The notes below the pieces were generated by a model. The model was not told the DNA's origin. It saw nothing but the letters and a program-made list of their open reading frames with translations, and searched no databases. This document shows positions 1-12,953 of a stretch of DNA of 64,000 nucleotides, one piece after another (the stretch's first letter is position 1; each line of letters begins with the position of its first letter). The stretch is from contig OZ316893.1 in the NCBI GenBank assembly GCA_973895155.1, positions 8,022,963 through 8,086,962 of the forward strand, written 5' to 3'. Both the position numbers and the translations under genes were made by a program. The DNA is from Marsupella aquatica (taxonomy: Eukaryota; Plantae; Marchantiophyta).

Positions 1-870
1 CGACCCAGCTGAAGAAGGAATTGACCACAAGATCCGAGGCTCATTCATCCTTCAAGCTACAGATAAGAATTATTCTTGAGGACTTGAAATCCCCTCAGCG
101 CGAAATTAAATGCCCCTCAATCAACTCTGCCCACCACTGCTTGAAACAAATCGAATCCTTCTAGGCGTACAACAAATGCCCATTCTATGGTAGCGTCGGT
201 GTCCTGGTGGCAGAGTACCACGGTACAGTCCCCGGTGGTCAAAGCTGCTGTGACTACTAGAACGTCTCCGTCGTGAATCTGTCGTGACCAAACCTTGACA
301 ACTATGCTAAACACTAGACTTCCAGTGAAAAAAGTTTTGCGGAACTGACCATATTGAGATAAAGTGATAACCCCTTGCGCTGCAGATTTCGACCAAGAGT
401 GGAGGGCCAAAATCGAATTGTCCTCACAGGTACTCCGCTTGCTTTCCGGGAACCTCCGAATCTTCTCTATGGGCAGCAGCCTCTGTCTACCCTCCGAATC
501 TGTGAGCTTCAACAATACCAGAACCTATGTGAAACCACACTCTTCTTCTTCGAGTTCAAGTAGTGGTCCGGGATCGGATCGGCAGTGTACTCGACCTGCA
601 GTATCAAAATCAATGCATTCCAATCCACCTCGTCAGCAGATCGGGATTCATCAGCAATGCTCTTTCCGGTCCTCCTCCAGTCCTCCAACATCACCATCAT
701 CTGCTTTAGTGCTGGGCGTTCCAATCCGCTTTCAGTCCTCGATGATCACCATCATCATCGTCGTCATCATCCTCGAATCTCTGCTGGTGGTCTTTCACAG
801 TGCGGTATCATGTTTTCCAACCCACCTCCATCACCATCGTCGTCATCGTCATCGTCATTCTGCTGCTCGA
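1..870 (-). pseudogene. Decayed coding-like relic with Asp-rich DDDGDxGGL-type repeats (probably TE-derived)
   Basis: Minus-strand frames give acidic tracts (NDDDDDDGDGGGLE, FEDDDDDDDGDHRGLK, DDGDVGGLEE) and a protein-like segment (HDGDVLVVTAALTTGDCTVVLCH...) broken by stops and frameshifts; no family recognised. Confidence 0.3.
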
Positions 871-1134
871 AGGGTACTGTATTGTAACTTTATCACGAGA
901 AGGAGCAGAATGCTCGTGCATATTAGATATCCTGATAGATCCTCTTCTCTTTCCTTTTTTTCACTTTTTAGATTTGTTTTTGGGAGTCTTCATTTTTTGC
1001 AGAAGCTGAGGAGAAATTTTATAACGCCCAGATCCCAATCTGCATTGTGCATTGTTCCCCATTGAAGCACCAAACGTTATAAAGAGGAAATGCCTTTAGG
1101 GCTTAGATCATAATGATTGATCCTCTCCGTTTTT

Positions 1135-1304
1135 TTCCCTTTTTTTCCTCTTTCTTATTTTGTTTGCATGGATAGAGGGCTTTTAGTAAACATATATCAC
1201 TACCATGAGATATATGCCCTTCCCTTTTTTTCCTCTTTCTTATTTTGTTTGCATGGATAGAGGGCTTTTAGTAAACATTGATATCACTACCATGAGATAC
1301 ATGC
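1135..1304. repeat. Tandem duplication, 2 x ~85 bp
   Basis: ttccctttttttcctctttcttattttgtttgcatggatagagggcttttagtaaaca...accatgagata occurs at 1135 and again at 1220. Confidence 0.9.
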
Positions 1305-1702
1305 TTGATGGGCCCTGTGAAACTTTCTTATCCAATAGGCCCTTACAAAACTTGTTTTATCTACTAGGACTCCTTTTAATGACCTGTACAACCTGTTCTT
1401 GTGTGGTCCCTACTGTGTACATGTACAGTCAATCACAATCATTGCCTTGTAGTGCACTGGGCTCCCAAGCCCAGTCCAATAACATGAAATAGAAATCAAC
1501 ACACATAGTATATATTAATCCATAAAGGCAATTCAAATAATATGGATGATAACTCTCCATAGAAGGCATTTTTCGCGTCTCCAAGGGTGCAGTCAAATTG
1601 ATGTAGTAACTCATACCATTCGGGTACAGCAAAACAACATGGGAAAAATAACATAAAACCATATAATGAAACCTAACTTGAACCTTCTTCAGAACTCTTC
1701 CC

Positions 1703-2032
1703 TGTTAAGGATTGCTCTTAGTCTTGTGACTCAAAGGTTACGGCACTTAGGCTAACCACAGTTAGGGTCTTAGCTGAGGTTAGGTTAGTCGTGTGTGACC
1801 TTGTATATGGGCTAGTGTAAGCCGCTGGTGAGTGGTGCTTGCTCATTTTGTAACGGAGCAACTTGAGGAAGAGGGAGAGCATGTGTGTTCGTTTACTCTT
1901 GAAGTAAAGCTTGAGTGTTCGTGTGGACGTAGCCTTGGAGAAGAGGTGAACCACGTAGAGATTGTGTCGACTACGTGTGCATGGAATAAGTCATGGTTGT
2001 ATGGTCGTTACGAATGACGTCTTAGTTCAACA
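1703..2032 (+). repeat. 5' LTR (330 bp)
   Basis: tgttaagg...ttcaaca; matches the 3' LTR except for two G/A transitions. Confidence 0.97.
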
Positions 2033-2034
2033 AT

Positions 2035-2046
2035 TGGTATCAGAGC
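2035..2046 (+). promoter_or_regulatory. Primer-binding site (tRNA-iMet)
   Basis: TGGTATCAGAGC 2 nt after the 5' LTR; canonical plant iMet PBS. Confidence 0.95.
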
Positions 2047-3921
2047 AAGCCTGGGAGGTGACGTTGAGGTGATCAAAATTTTCGTGACGTGTTGGTGACG
2101 GTTTTTCCAGCGGTTAGAGTTGGTGGATTTCACGGAGATCTATCGCATGGAACTTGGAGGTGTTGGGCTCAACGGATAGATCGGGGCAAGGGCTTTCCGA
2201 CGGTGCAAAGAAATCTCTGAACGGAGTTCGTGGTGCGGAGGAATTCATGTTTCCGTCATTCTGGATTTTTTGTGATTCGTGTTCGACGGTTTTCTTCGAC
2301 GGTTCTTTTGGGGGGGAACTGAGATCGTTTTCCCGACGGTGTGAGCTTAGTGGTGCGCGAGGCGTCGCATACTATAGCTCAAATCGTAGATCGGGCAAAG
2401 CTGATCGTTTTGGTAGCTGGTCTACTATCGAAGGTGTAGCGAGTGCGACGTTCCGAGCAAAAGAGCCGTTCTGAGTTTCTGACCGGCTATGAAGTCTTCT
2501 TTTGACTGAAGCGGGGTTTCTTGTCGTTACGTCCGACTCGGAGGAAGATTCGTGAAGTGCTACGGCTTAAAGGAGAGATCGCGGTGAGGCGGTCATTTTG
2601 AGTCCGGGATTGGCACTTGACGCGGAGTGAAGGCAACGTGACGGAAATTTTTTCCCTTTCTGGTGCTGCTGACGGCGCCGGTGAAATTTGGCAACTTTTT
2701 CCCGTCGGCGGTGATCACTTTTCTTGTTGGAAAAGGCGGCGACAAGGTGTGTTCCCGACATTTTTGTTTGAGGCATTTTTTTAAAAAAAAAATTGGCTTT
2801 TAGGGGTTTTGGGGGGCACTAGTATACCCCTGCCGCCCTGTATAAGCCACCACCCCCCCTTGGGTGCGAGTATACGCCCTGTATACGCCCCCCCCCTCTT
2901 GAGCCTATCGCGCCTCCTCCCTCCCTCCTGCCTTTGCGACACCTCACCCCCCCTCTTAAATCCTCCATAGGGCATCGTGCCCCACCTCCCCTCTCGCCTC
3001 GCCTTGCCATGCGCCTCCTCCTCCCTTGTGGGCTATTAACGGTTCATAGGGCCTCGTGCCCACACTTGGCACTCGCCTGCCCAGCCTTCCCCCCCCTCTC
3101 GAGCCATTTTACCCTCTCCTTCCCCCTTCGTCAGCGGTTATCCTCCCACGCCTCGCGACCCTTGGCATACCCCCCTCATTAATGCTCCATAGGGCCTCGT
3201 GCCCTCTCTTGGCGCGCGTATAGGAGCGCGTATTTGCGCCTCCCTCACGCCATACTCCGCCTGGCCCGTCACGCGTATGGGCGACGCGTGTGCGCTTTTT
3301 AAGGCCGTATTTTTACTAAGGGGCTTAGCACCCCCTTAAGGTCCAAATTTTAATTCTCATTCTCTCTTCCCATTGGTTAAACGACATCCCGGGCCCGGTC
3401 ACCCGGCAATTTAACCGCTCCGACAGGGGGAACGGCCCCCTGTGAGACCTGCCGCACAGTCCAAGGAATATTCCGAAAAAACAGAGAGCTGTTTTTCGGC
3501 CTTTAGTTGAAGATTCCAAGGTCCGAATGGTAACTTTTTTCGGATCTTTTTTGGCGAGGACGTAGCCACTGAAGCTAGCAACGTGGTGCACCACTTGATT
3601 TGCATTTCTGACGACGGGTGGTACTTAAAATTTTTCTTATTCCCTGAGGTGGTCAAAACGGGGGAGAATTTTTTGAGTTTTATCCACCCCGACCGAAACG
3701 TGAAAAAGTTTTTTGTCGGAACTCGATTTCAATTTTGGATTTCAGCATTGGCTTGCTAGGCTGGTGGGCTACGTGGCAGTGACAAGTTTCAAGTTTTTTG
3801 GAAAGTTGTGAAAAACGATATTTTTTCGTGATTTGGATTTGAGTCAACGAGAAGGAAGGAAGGAAAAAGCATATAGGAAGCAGCACAGCAATAGCACGTG
3901 GAGAACGTTGGGAGGACAACG

Positions 3922-4824
3922 ATGGCATCCAAGTTTGGAGGTGTCAAGTTTGAGGTGGAAAAATATGATGGGCGCACAGATTATTTGCTATGGGAGAAGC
4001 AGGTTAAGGGAATTCTTCGTGCTATGGGCCTAGATCATCTGCTATCGACTCGGGAGGAGTCTAGCAGTGAGGAAGAGATCCCGTTGAGGAAATGGAGGCA
4101 AGAGCAAGTGATTGCTGTGAATGCGGTTATGCTGTATCTGAAGCCGCATATCATTAAGAAGCTGGACGACTACGAGGATTGCGTATCCTTATTCAAGGCC
4201 CTCAGAGAGAAGTACTACCGAGAGGATGCCTCAGATTGGTTGTACAAGAAGTCTCTCTTGATGAGCTTGAGGCTAAAAGAAGGAGGCAAGCTTCGAGATC
4301 ACTTGGATGAATTTGACAGCCTGGCTGTAGATTTATCAAATCTTGGCAAGGGAGTGGAAGATGAAGATAAGGCATTGCTTCTTCTCAGCTCCTTACCCCC
4401 ATCGTATCAAGGTTTGAAGCAGGTTCTCTTGTATAGAGACCTCAAAACTATTTCATATGATGAGGTGGTAAGCTCGTTGCTGTCAGATGATGCACAGAAG
4501 AAACTGGGTCATACCCAGACACCATCTTCATCTGGCAGTGCATTGAATGTGAACCGCGGGAGGACTCAACAGCGGATGACTAGCGAAAATAGGTCCTTTT
4601 CACAAACGTACCCCTCACGGAATAGAGGCAAGGAGAAGGCTCGGTCTAAGTCTAGATCCAGGTCTAGAGAGAAATCTCTAGAAAGGAAACCAATTATATG
4701 CTGGAAATGTAACAAGTCTGGCCACATGAAACGAGACTGTCGAGTCAAGCAGACACATCAACCATCAGCGAACGCAGCCACTGATGTTGATATGATTGAC
4801 TTGCTTGATGATGAAATCTTGTGA
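3922..4824 (+). CDS. gag: Copia Gag with CCHC zinc knuckle
   Basis: MASKFGGVKFEVEKYDG..YLLW; LLLSSLPPSY; CWKCNKSGHMKRDC; ends at an in-frame TGA (4822-4824). Confidence 0.93.
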   Translation: MASKFGGVKFEVEKYDGRTDYLLWEKQVKGILRAMGLDHLLSTREESSSEEEIPLRKWRQEQVIAVNAVMLYLKPHIIKKLDDYEDCVSLFKALREKYYREDASDWLYKKSLLMSLRLKEGGKLRDHLDEFDSLAVDLSNLGKGVEDEDKALLLLSSLPPSYQGLKQVLLYRDLKTISYDEVVSSLLSDDAQKKLGHTQTPSSSGSALNVNRGRTQQRMTSENRSFSQTYPSRNRGKEKARSKSRSRSREKSLERKPIICWKCNKSGHMKRDCRVKQTHQPSANAATDVDMIDLLDDEIL

Positions 4825-7800
4825 AGTCAAGATGTTGCCCTTTGCATTTCATCCAGTAACAACGGTGATGAATGGATTTTAGACTGTGCCTGTACCTATC
4901 ATATTTGTTGTATGAAAGAGTTTTTTAGTTCTTACTCAGTATCAACTGGTTCCGTGTTGATGGGGAATGATCATCCTTGTCAAATTATTGGAATTGGATC
5001 CGTGAAAATTTGGATGTTTAATGGAGCTGTGCGAACAGTGAGTAATGTCAGACACATACCTGACATGAAAAAGAACTTGATTTCTCTTGGAATGCTGGAA
5101 GCAAATGGATGTCGGTGGAGTTCTGCTGATGGTATTCTTCAAGTGTCAACCGGAGGCAAGGTTGTCATGAAGGGTAAGCGGCACAGGAATCTATACCTGT
5201 TGGAGGGCAACGTGATTTGTGAAGAAGCCAATGTAACTAGATCTCAATGCGAGATGACTTAGTTGTGGCACTGTAGATTAGGACACATGAGTGAAACGGG
5301 TTTGGCGGTACTTCGCAGGAAAGGACTTCTTTCTAATTTGGAATCTACTAAGCTAGATTTTTGTGAACACTGTGTGCTTGGGAAGCAGCACAGGAGAACC
5401 TTTGGTGTTGGAACTCACAATACCAAAGCTATACTTGAGTATGTACATAGTGATGTGTGGGGTCCAACCCCAACTCCCTCACTTTCTGGAAAATTGTACT
5501 ATGTCACGTTCATTGATGATTACTCACGGTATGTGTGGATCACATTTCTACACGCCAAGTCTGAAGTTTTTGGCACTTTTAAGAAGTGGAAAGTCCAAAT
5601 TGAGAATCAGATTGGATCCAAGGTGAGATATCTGCGATCAGATAACGGCGGGGAGTACAGTTCAAGTGAATTTGAACTATATTGTGCAGAGCAAGGGATT
5701 ACTCGTCATCTCACGACAGTTTATACTCCTCAACAGAATGGTGTTTGTGAGCGGCTAAACCGAACACTATTGGAGCGATCGAGGAGTATGTTGAGCCAAT
5801 CAGGTTTACCGCATGAATTTTGGGCTGAAGCTATAAATACGGCAACTTATTTGGTAAATCTTTCTCCTTCAAGTGCAATCAATTTCAAGACGCCATTTGA
5901 AATGAGGTATGGACGGCACGCAGACTATCAGGTTTTGAGAGTCTTTGGAAGTGATGCATATGCTCTCACACCTAAACAAAATCGATCTAAACTAGATTCT
6001 ACTTCCAAGAAGTGTCTTTTTCTTGGTTATCAACCAGGTGTGAAAGGTTACAGGCTATGGGATCCAAAAGCTTGTACATTGCTTGTCAGTAGAGATGTAT
6101 CCTTTAATGAATCCAGATCATCAAAGGAGGGGGAGGATGCTCAGGCTTCCCGTACTGACAAAGGTAAATCTCCTATCCTGGACCATGTTATGGGGGAGAT
6201 TGGTCATGAGAGTTTTCATGACATAAATGAAGGAGGTGCTCCGAGAATGGAGCTGGTTCCGGTATTGGAACAAGAGGAGCAGGTTGTTGTTGGAATACCT
6301 CAAATTCAACCAACAGAACAAGATCAACCAGAATCATCAGCTAGAAAATCGAGACGTACTACTCGAGCTCCTACAAGGTATGGACAATGGACAGATTCAT
6401 CAAGGTTAGATGATGTTGACATTGCACCTGAAGATGATAACAGAGCACTGATCTTGGAAGAAGGAGAACCTTCTTCTTATCATGAGGCGTGCATTTCAGA
6501 CGAGAAAGATGAATGGAATGCAGCGATGCAGAGGGAGATGCAATCTTTAAGTGACAACAGAACATGGGAGCTGGTGCAGCTGCCAAGTGATCAACAAGTG
6601 GTGGATAGCAAGTGGATTTACAAGCTGAAGGACAACTCTTCAGATGGAGGAGACAAGATATACAAGGCAAGGCTTGTTTCCAAGGGATTCACTCAAGAGA
6701 AGGGAGTGGATTACAATGAGGTCTTCTCTCCAGTTGCCAAGTATTCCACGATACGAATTTTGTATCAACTTGTTGTGTTTTTTGATCTGGTGTTAGATCA
6801 AATGGATGTTGTTACTGCTTTTCTCTATGGCACCTTGGAAGAACAAATTTTCATGAGGCAACCACTGGGCTTTGTGAAGAAGGGCCAAGAGAGTTTAGTT
6901 TGCAGGTTGCTTAAGTCCTTGTATGGATTGAAGCAAGCTCCTCGACAGTGGAACAAGCGGTTTGATGATTTCATGCTTGCACAAGGATTCACTAGGATGG
7001 TGTATGACCCTTGTGTGTATACAAAATCAGTCAAGAATGGTGTGTTTGGTTTGCTCATTTTGGTGCTCTATGTGGATGACATGTTGATTGCGGCTAAGGA
7101 TCAAACTGAGGTTGACAAACTCAAAGCAAAATTGAGTTCTGAATTTCGAATGAAGGATCTTGGGAAAGCCAAAAGGATCTTAGGTATGGAGATTACAAGG
7201 AACTTTGAAACTGGACAATTGTGGCTGAATCAAGGCAAGTATGCTGAAAAGGTACTTGCAAGATTCAACATGGAAAATTGTAAGCCAGTAAGTATTCCTT
7301 TGGCTCCACATTTCAAGTTATCATCGGCTTTCTGCCCCATGGATCCAGTGGAGAGAGGCTTGATGACTCAGGTTCCTTATGAGAAGGCAGTGGGCAGTCT
7401 AATGTATTTGATGACATGTACCAGGCCTGATCTAGCCCTAGCAATGGGCAAAGTGAGTAGATTCATGTCAAATCCAGGGAAGGTACATTGGGAGGCTGTG
7501 AAATGGATTCTCAGGTATCTTAAAGGCACAATAGACTATGGTCTGTTGTTTGATAGTAAATCAAACAAAACCAAATCATTGGTTGGCTATGTAGATTCTG
7601 ACTACGGAGGCTGTCTGGAAACAAGGAGGTCAACGACTGGGTATGTGTTTACTCTTGGAGGAGGATGCATAAGTTGGAGATCTACCTTGCAGAAGTGTGT
7701 ATCTCAGTCTACTACAGAAGCAGAATATGTTGCAGCAGCAGAAGCAGCAAAGGAAGCAATTTGGTTGGATAAGCTGGTCACTGAGATGGGATTGGAGCAT

Positions 7801-8052
7801 GGAAAAATGGCTCTTCATTGTGACAGCCAGAGTGCGCTTCACCTAGCTATTAACCAGGTGATGGATAGCAGGGTGAAGCACATTGACATCAGGTACCATT
7901 TTATTAGGCAAGCAGTGTCTGATAAAATGTTTAAGCTAGTCAAGATTGATGGAAAACTCAACCCGGCTGATGCTTTTACCAAAGTGATTCCTTTGGAGAG
8001 TTACTCAAGACACCGTGCTACTTTGCAGGTTTTGCATTTGCAGCACAAGTAG
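4825..8052 (+). CDS. pol: Copia Pol (protease-integrase-RT-RNaseH), same frame as gag, interrupted by TAG at 5260-5262
   Basis: WILDCACTYH (protease site, normally WILDSG); LWHCRLGH/CEHC; VHSDVWGP, LRSDNGGEY, PQQNGVCER (integrase); YKARLV, QMDVVTAFL, LYVDDML (RT); YVDSDYGG, TEAEY, KHIDIRYHF (RNaseH). Confidence 0.93.
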
Positions 8053-8245
8053 AGTAACTTAACAAGATGTGATTTCTGTATATGAGTTACTCAATCCTGT
8101 TATGGCTATGGCTTAATTCTAGTTAACTCTTAGTTAACCTTAAATGGTTTTTAGGGGGATACCTATGGTTTTAGGTGATTGTCTAGAATTTCCCGCTGAG
8201 TATCTCATATGGATAGCAGAAATTGCAGTCCCCAAGACTAGAGTC

Positions 8246-8254
8246 AAGGGGGAG
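8246..8254 (+). promoter_or_regulatory. Polypurine tract
   Basis: AAGGGGGAG 2 nt before the 3' LTR. Confidence 0.9.
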
Positions 8255-8256
8255 TT

Positions 8257-8586
8257 TGTTAAGGATTGCTCTTAGTCTTGTGACTCAAAGGTTACGGCAC
8301 TTAGGCTAACCACAGTTAGGGTCTTAGCTGAGGTTAGGTTAGTCGTGTGTGACCTTGTATATGGGCTAGTGTAAGCCGCTGGTGAGTGGTGCTTACTCAT
8401 TTTGTAACGGAGCAACTTGAGGAAGAGGGAGAGCATGTGTGTTCGTTTACTCTTGAAGTAAAGCTTGAGTGTTCGTGTGGACGTAGCCTTGGAGAAGAGG
8501 TGAACCACGTAGAGATTGTGTCGACTACGTGTGCATGGAATAAGTCATGGTTGTATGGTCGTTGCGAATGACGTCTTAGTTCAACA
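8257..8586 (+). repeat. 3' LTR (330 bp)
   Basis: Direct repeat of 1703-2032 followed by the TSD TTCCC. Confidence 0.97.
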
Positions 8587-9092
8587 TTCCCATCCAGAAT
8601 TCTTGTCAGGTTGTGAGTGTGTCTCCTTCTCCTTCCAAACCATGGCCTGTCCTTTGATGGTGGTCTGTCAACTTCAGCAATGTAGATGTCACAGACATCC
8701 CGTCTATGCCAAAGATGGAGTCTGCTTTCATCCTGCTCATCCTCAGGTGGATCTTCATCAGCTGACATGCTGATGGGTGTGCTCATTCAACTGGATTTTC
8801 ACTGTGTACGTGAGAATGAGTGGACAAAGGATCCACTCACACAACACAAGTGCCCAATTCTTGGTGACACAAAATGAGTGCCTAGTGGCAAGTGACAAAA
8901 AAAGTGTTAGTGAAAGTACCAAGATCATAATGATCGCACATTCCTCCTAACTGACAATCATAGTCAAAAACATCGAGAAAACCCTGTGTGGAGCACGTGA
9001 AAGTAAGCCCTATGACTACCTCGTGGTACGGTAAAAATTCAAATCTGAAAACATAATCCATATTGTCTTCACTTCCTTAAGTCATTCCTTTA

Positions 9093-9433
9093 CAGCATCT
9101 CCAACCCTTACTAGAAAGCCTACTATAATTGGGTGTCAACTGAACCCAGTAACTAAAATGCAAAACATCATGTCCAACCCATTCACTCTAATGCTCTCAG
9201 ATTTTCAGGCACCAGATCTTTTGGTTACTAGATCTATATTTGGGAGGAAATGTACAGTTTTGACTTTCTACCAGCGGGATTCATTGTTGGGTTCCAAGAT
9301 CATACTTAGGGTGGTGTGAAATTTATTTCTACTGTAAAGCAAACCATCCGACAGGGCTGGGGATGAGTTTCATTTTACCATGATTACTACTGGTAGTAAA
9401 CAAAAAAAAGTGTGTTGTCAGATTGGGTGTCTA
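9093..9433. mobile_element. Degenerate PIF/Harbinger (Tourist-like) MITE related to 26021-26651
   Basis: TTA followed by cagcatctccaaccc (GAGCATCTCCAA-type TIR); internal segments (atgtccaacccattcact; cagccctgtcggatgg) match the reverse complement of the 26-kb copy. Confidence 0.5.
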
Positions 9434-11648
9434 GTCCTCATAGTTATCATACCCAATAACCTTTGGTTTTGGACCAAGGTTGCTGGCAGTAGGGTCTCTG
9501 GACAAATTACTCGTCTTACCTTTCTATGTGATTTACTCGGGAGCTTTATCAGGTTTTTCAGCTGGTTGCTTCAGTTTGTGGCTCAGCAGAGGGTTAGTTC
9601 GTTTGGCTTTTGTTGGGGCTCTTTGGTATTTAGGGTTTTTCCCTGGCTTTCCCCATTCCCCCTTCGTTGGGTATCTTGTCTCCGAGAGGGGTCCCAGGGG
9701 CAACACCCATAAGGGGCGGAAAACATGCTCTTGCAAATCCAAACTGGAGTTTACAGCTCATGGAATTATGGAAAGCCACAATTCAATAACACGCCCCCCC
9801 CCCCCCAATTTATTGGGATTCTGGTCTTTTTGGGATCCTGTCTCCAGGTACGGCTCTCCAGGTAAGGCTCTTGTTGTCCTTTAATAGTGATTTGAATACC
9901 TCGAGGGAAAGCATGATTTAACGTAACTGCCACTGTGGGCTCCCATGAGGATTGCCTTTTTGTAGCACACGTTTTAATTATTTTATTTTATTTCTTTACT
10001 TTTTCTTTGCAAATGTTTTCTTTGTTTGTTTTCTACACTTTATTTCACTCGCTGGGGCTCAGACACAGTAATTTTTCTGGTGGTAGCGTAATATCCGCAG
10101 CATCTCATGGAACCAGGATGTTATGTGGAGCCTACCCAATCGAGTCTCTTCACGTGGGATACTGGGACATCGGACGGCGATTTGGGTAGGATCTTTGTCG
10201 CCCGTTGGAAAGAAGATGGTGGGCTAGTGGATTGAGTTGGGGCTCTGATGACGATAATTTGTAAGGTTTTTTCTTCGTTTCAACCATGAAGAAGGTCAGG
10301 TGTGAAGGAGAAGATGCTCAGAATCTTCCTTAAATAATTTCACTAAATTTAAAATGATAATTGTTAGATTTTTGCTGGACATTTTTTTTTAAAAACTTGT
10401 TTAATTTTTGCCAAAAGTGGAGAATTGTTTTCAGTGAGCTAGAATTTGACAAATTCTGCCCCACGCTGGCTGTGACCAGCTGGAGAATGCTGACTGACCG
10501 CGGGTTCAATGCTTGGAGTCACGACAGTGGTGCTAGTAAGAAAAAGTAAGAAAAAAATATATATGTCTTGGAAAAACATTAATCTCACAAAAATGAATTA
10601 AAATTAAAATTCATGGCATCCAACTTTATGCCAAATCTACTTTCACAACCCAAATGGATCTGCTGAACTGACTAGTTACAAAGAGATTCAAACCAGTTTA
10701 GCACTAGACCATGACACTGAACAATTGAACTAGTGGGCAGGGCTTCCACACGGTAAAACCCACTCTACCAGATTGATGACAAATTACAATACATGTTTTC
10801 TCAAGTGGAGGATGGTTGCATTTTAACCTAACTAAGGTCAGTTTCTCAATTGGCAGCTACCATTATCAAAGCCCAGGACAGTGAATGGTTTAAAACTGAG
10901 TGAGTTCTTCAACAAGGGATTCCTATCTTTGGTAGGTTTAGACACATTACAAAAAACAAAATATTTATAAAAAACAAATAGACACATAACAAATATTGGA
11001 AAGCATAACCCTCTCATCTAGATCTACTGAGGCTCCCCAAAGTGATACATGAGTGAAGGATTTTGTAGCTTCACAATGATTATATCTATGTCCTCAAAAG
11101 CAACCCGGCCTGACGATCAAACAACGTAGCAAAGTGTGGGAACACTACCTAGCAACCTCTCCAGTCATTTTCTGTGCACTCCAAAGATTGCAATACTTGA
11201 AAACAGAATCTATGAAACTCAATAGTATGGAGATAATGATTATGGTTGATTTGTGATCATGGACAGTTAATCTTTGAAAAGACCAAGATTTACATCCAAG
11301 TAGTGTATCAGCTCATAGGGGGGTGGCATAGGAAGCAAAAATGTCTAATTCATTGGGTTACTCCTAGCACATGCATGCTAAGATTGGTCCAAAACAAATG
11401 TTTTTGAAGAAACTCATAAACAAATTGGAAATTGTAAAATATAAGAAGAGGACTATCTAAAAGTCCTTGTGTCTCAAAGAATATAGATTTTATTTGAAAA
11501 ACTTCATAATAGGACTCAATGGTGCTACTTGAACAACATGAGAGGATATTAAGGGGATGAATTCATTTAGGAGCGGGTAGGTACCAAATCTCCTCCACAT
11601 TAAGTTTAATACAAAATTGTGTTGACCATGAGGCTGCTTCTTTTTCAA

Positions 11649-12953
11649 CTAGTACCAAGGGATTTCCTTGCTGTTTGCTTTTGATGTAGAGCTTGTCCCA
11701 CTGTGTTTGCCTTTGGGGGAGGAAGTTGATCGACTAGTTTTTCCTTTTGTTGTTCTTTTCTTCCTCTTTTGTTGCCTTCCTCTCGCTGGAGTAGAAGCTT
11801 GATATGTTTTAATTACCTTCTTAGTACGCAATCTATTCTTTATAGAATCTCTTAAAACTCTTGCTTGTGGAAAAAATGAATCAATGAGGGACAAATTTCG
11901 TGGAGGCAGAGGCTCAAAAATTGGTTGAACATTTGGTTTCTCATTTGGAGGCATTGTTGAAAAATCAATTGTATTACTAGTTGAAGCAAGCTCTGAGTCT
12001 TGCTCTATGTGGCGGATATCTGCTGAGTCTTGAGTAAGAGAGTTTGATGAGGGGGGAATCTGAAAAATCTGTGCCGAAGCCGCATCAAAGGAGGTGTTGG
12101 ATATCAAATTGTAGTCAGAAAATGGTTGTAGAATTGGAGTACTACTCAGTACTCCTGAAGATGACCTTATAGTTTGGGAGATAGTGTGAGCTAAGTTTGA
12201 TGATGGAGCCGTTTGTGAGCTTGAAGGCTCTAAGTTCTCTGGGGAGCTCTCTGAAAATCCAGTAGGTTGGGTCCTAAGGATGGACTTTGAAGATCCTATA
12301 GAACTGTTGTTTTCTGAAGGATCCTCCATTATTGAGGAGAATTGTACAGACCTTTTAACTTGGTTGGTATGCTCATGCAGTGGAATCTGGTTGGCAAATA
12401 TACTTGCTCTATTGTATTTAGAGGGGCCAAGTTTTTTACAATCATCGGTAGTGAAAAGATCTTCTTGAATATTTGCCGCCATTTTATCTTTCTTTGTACT
12501 TTTATTGTCCATTCCAACATGTTGTTGGCTTAATCTTCTTAGAACCTGGCCAAGTGAATGCCAGTCTTCCATGGAAGATTCTTCCTTTTGCTGGTGGACA
12601 AGGTTTGTTTCTTCCATTTCAAACTGTTGAGTCTGGCTCAACCTTCTTAAAATTTTGCCCAAAGAATGCCAGTCTTGAGCTTCCACATTTTGAGTGCTTG
12701 GGTTGTCTTCTCCAATGGGCGTCTCATTAGTTCCTTCAGATGGATCTGTAATTGGCATTTGTTGACTTTTTGTAGGTGCTGTTTGGCTCTCCTCTACTTC
12801 CATGGAGATGAGGCCATCATCCTTAAAAGAGCTGCCAATTGAACTACTTCTAGATTGATAATTGCTGTCGGCATTTTCATGAGAAGAAGTCAAGTAGGCA
12901 CCATCAACTGAGAGTGAATCTTTCTCGCTTAAATCTGTGTTGTATGGCCAATC
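11649..12953 (-). CDS. Large Ser-rich low-complexity exon (putative last TMC exon, or part of a separate gene)
   Basis: 434-codon open frame after the acceptor ttttgccggtcag; duplicated DWHSLG(K/Q)(I/V)LRRLSQ motif; basic C-terminus. Confidence 0.65.
   Translation of the reverse strand, partial: DWPYNTDLSEKDSLSVDGAYLTSSHENADSNYQSRSSSIGSSFKDDGLISMEVEESQTAPTKSQQMPITDPSEGTNETPIGEDNPSTQNVEAQDWHSLGKILRRLSQTQQFEMEETNLVHQQKEESSMEDWHSLGQVLRRLSQQHVGMDNKSTKKDKMAANIQEDLFTTDDCKKLGPSKYNRASIFANQIPLHEHTNQVKRSVQFSSIMEDPSENNSSIGSSKSILRTQPTGFSESSPENLEPSSSQTAPSSNLAHTISQTIRSSSGVLSSTPILQPFSDYNLISNTSFDAASAQIFQIPPSSNSLTQDSADIRHIEQDSELASTSNTIDFSTMPPNEKPNVQPIFEPLPPRNLSLIDSFFPQARVLRDSIKNRLRTKKVIKTYQASTPARGRQQKRKKRTTKGKTSRSTSSPKGKHSGTSSTSKANSKEIPWY

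Larger units (their letters stand above)
1703..8586 (+). mobile_element. Full-length Ty1/copia LTR retrotransposon (Tork/Tnt1-like)
   Basis: TG..CA LTRs at 1703-2032 and 8257-8586; 5-bp TSD TTCCC at 1698-1702 and 8587-8591; PBS and PPT present; domain order gag-PR-INT-RT-RH. Confidence 0.98.

Noticed and set aside
364-1065. 233-aa His/Ser-rich plus-strand ORF
   Set aside because: The His/Ile/Ser runs are the antisense reading of GAT/GAC (Asp) repeats; GTG start and no recognisable domain.
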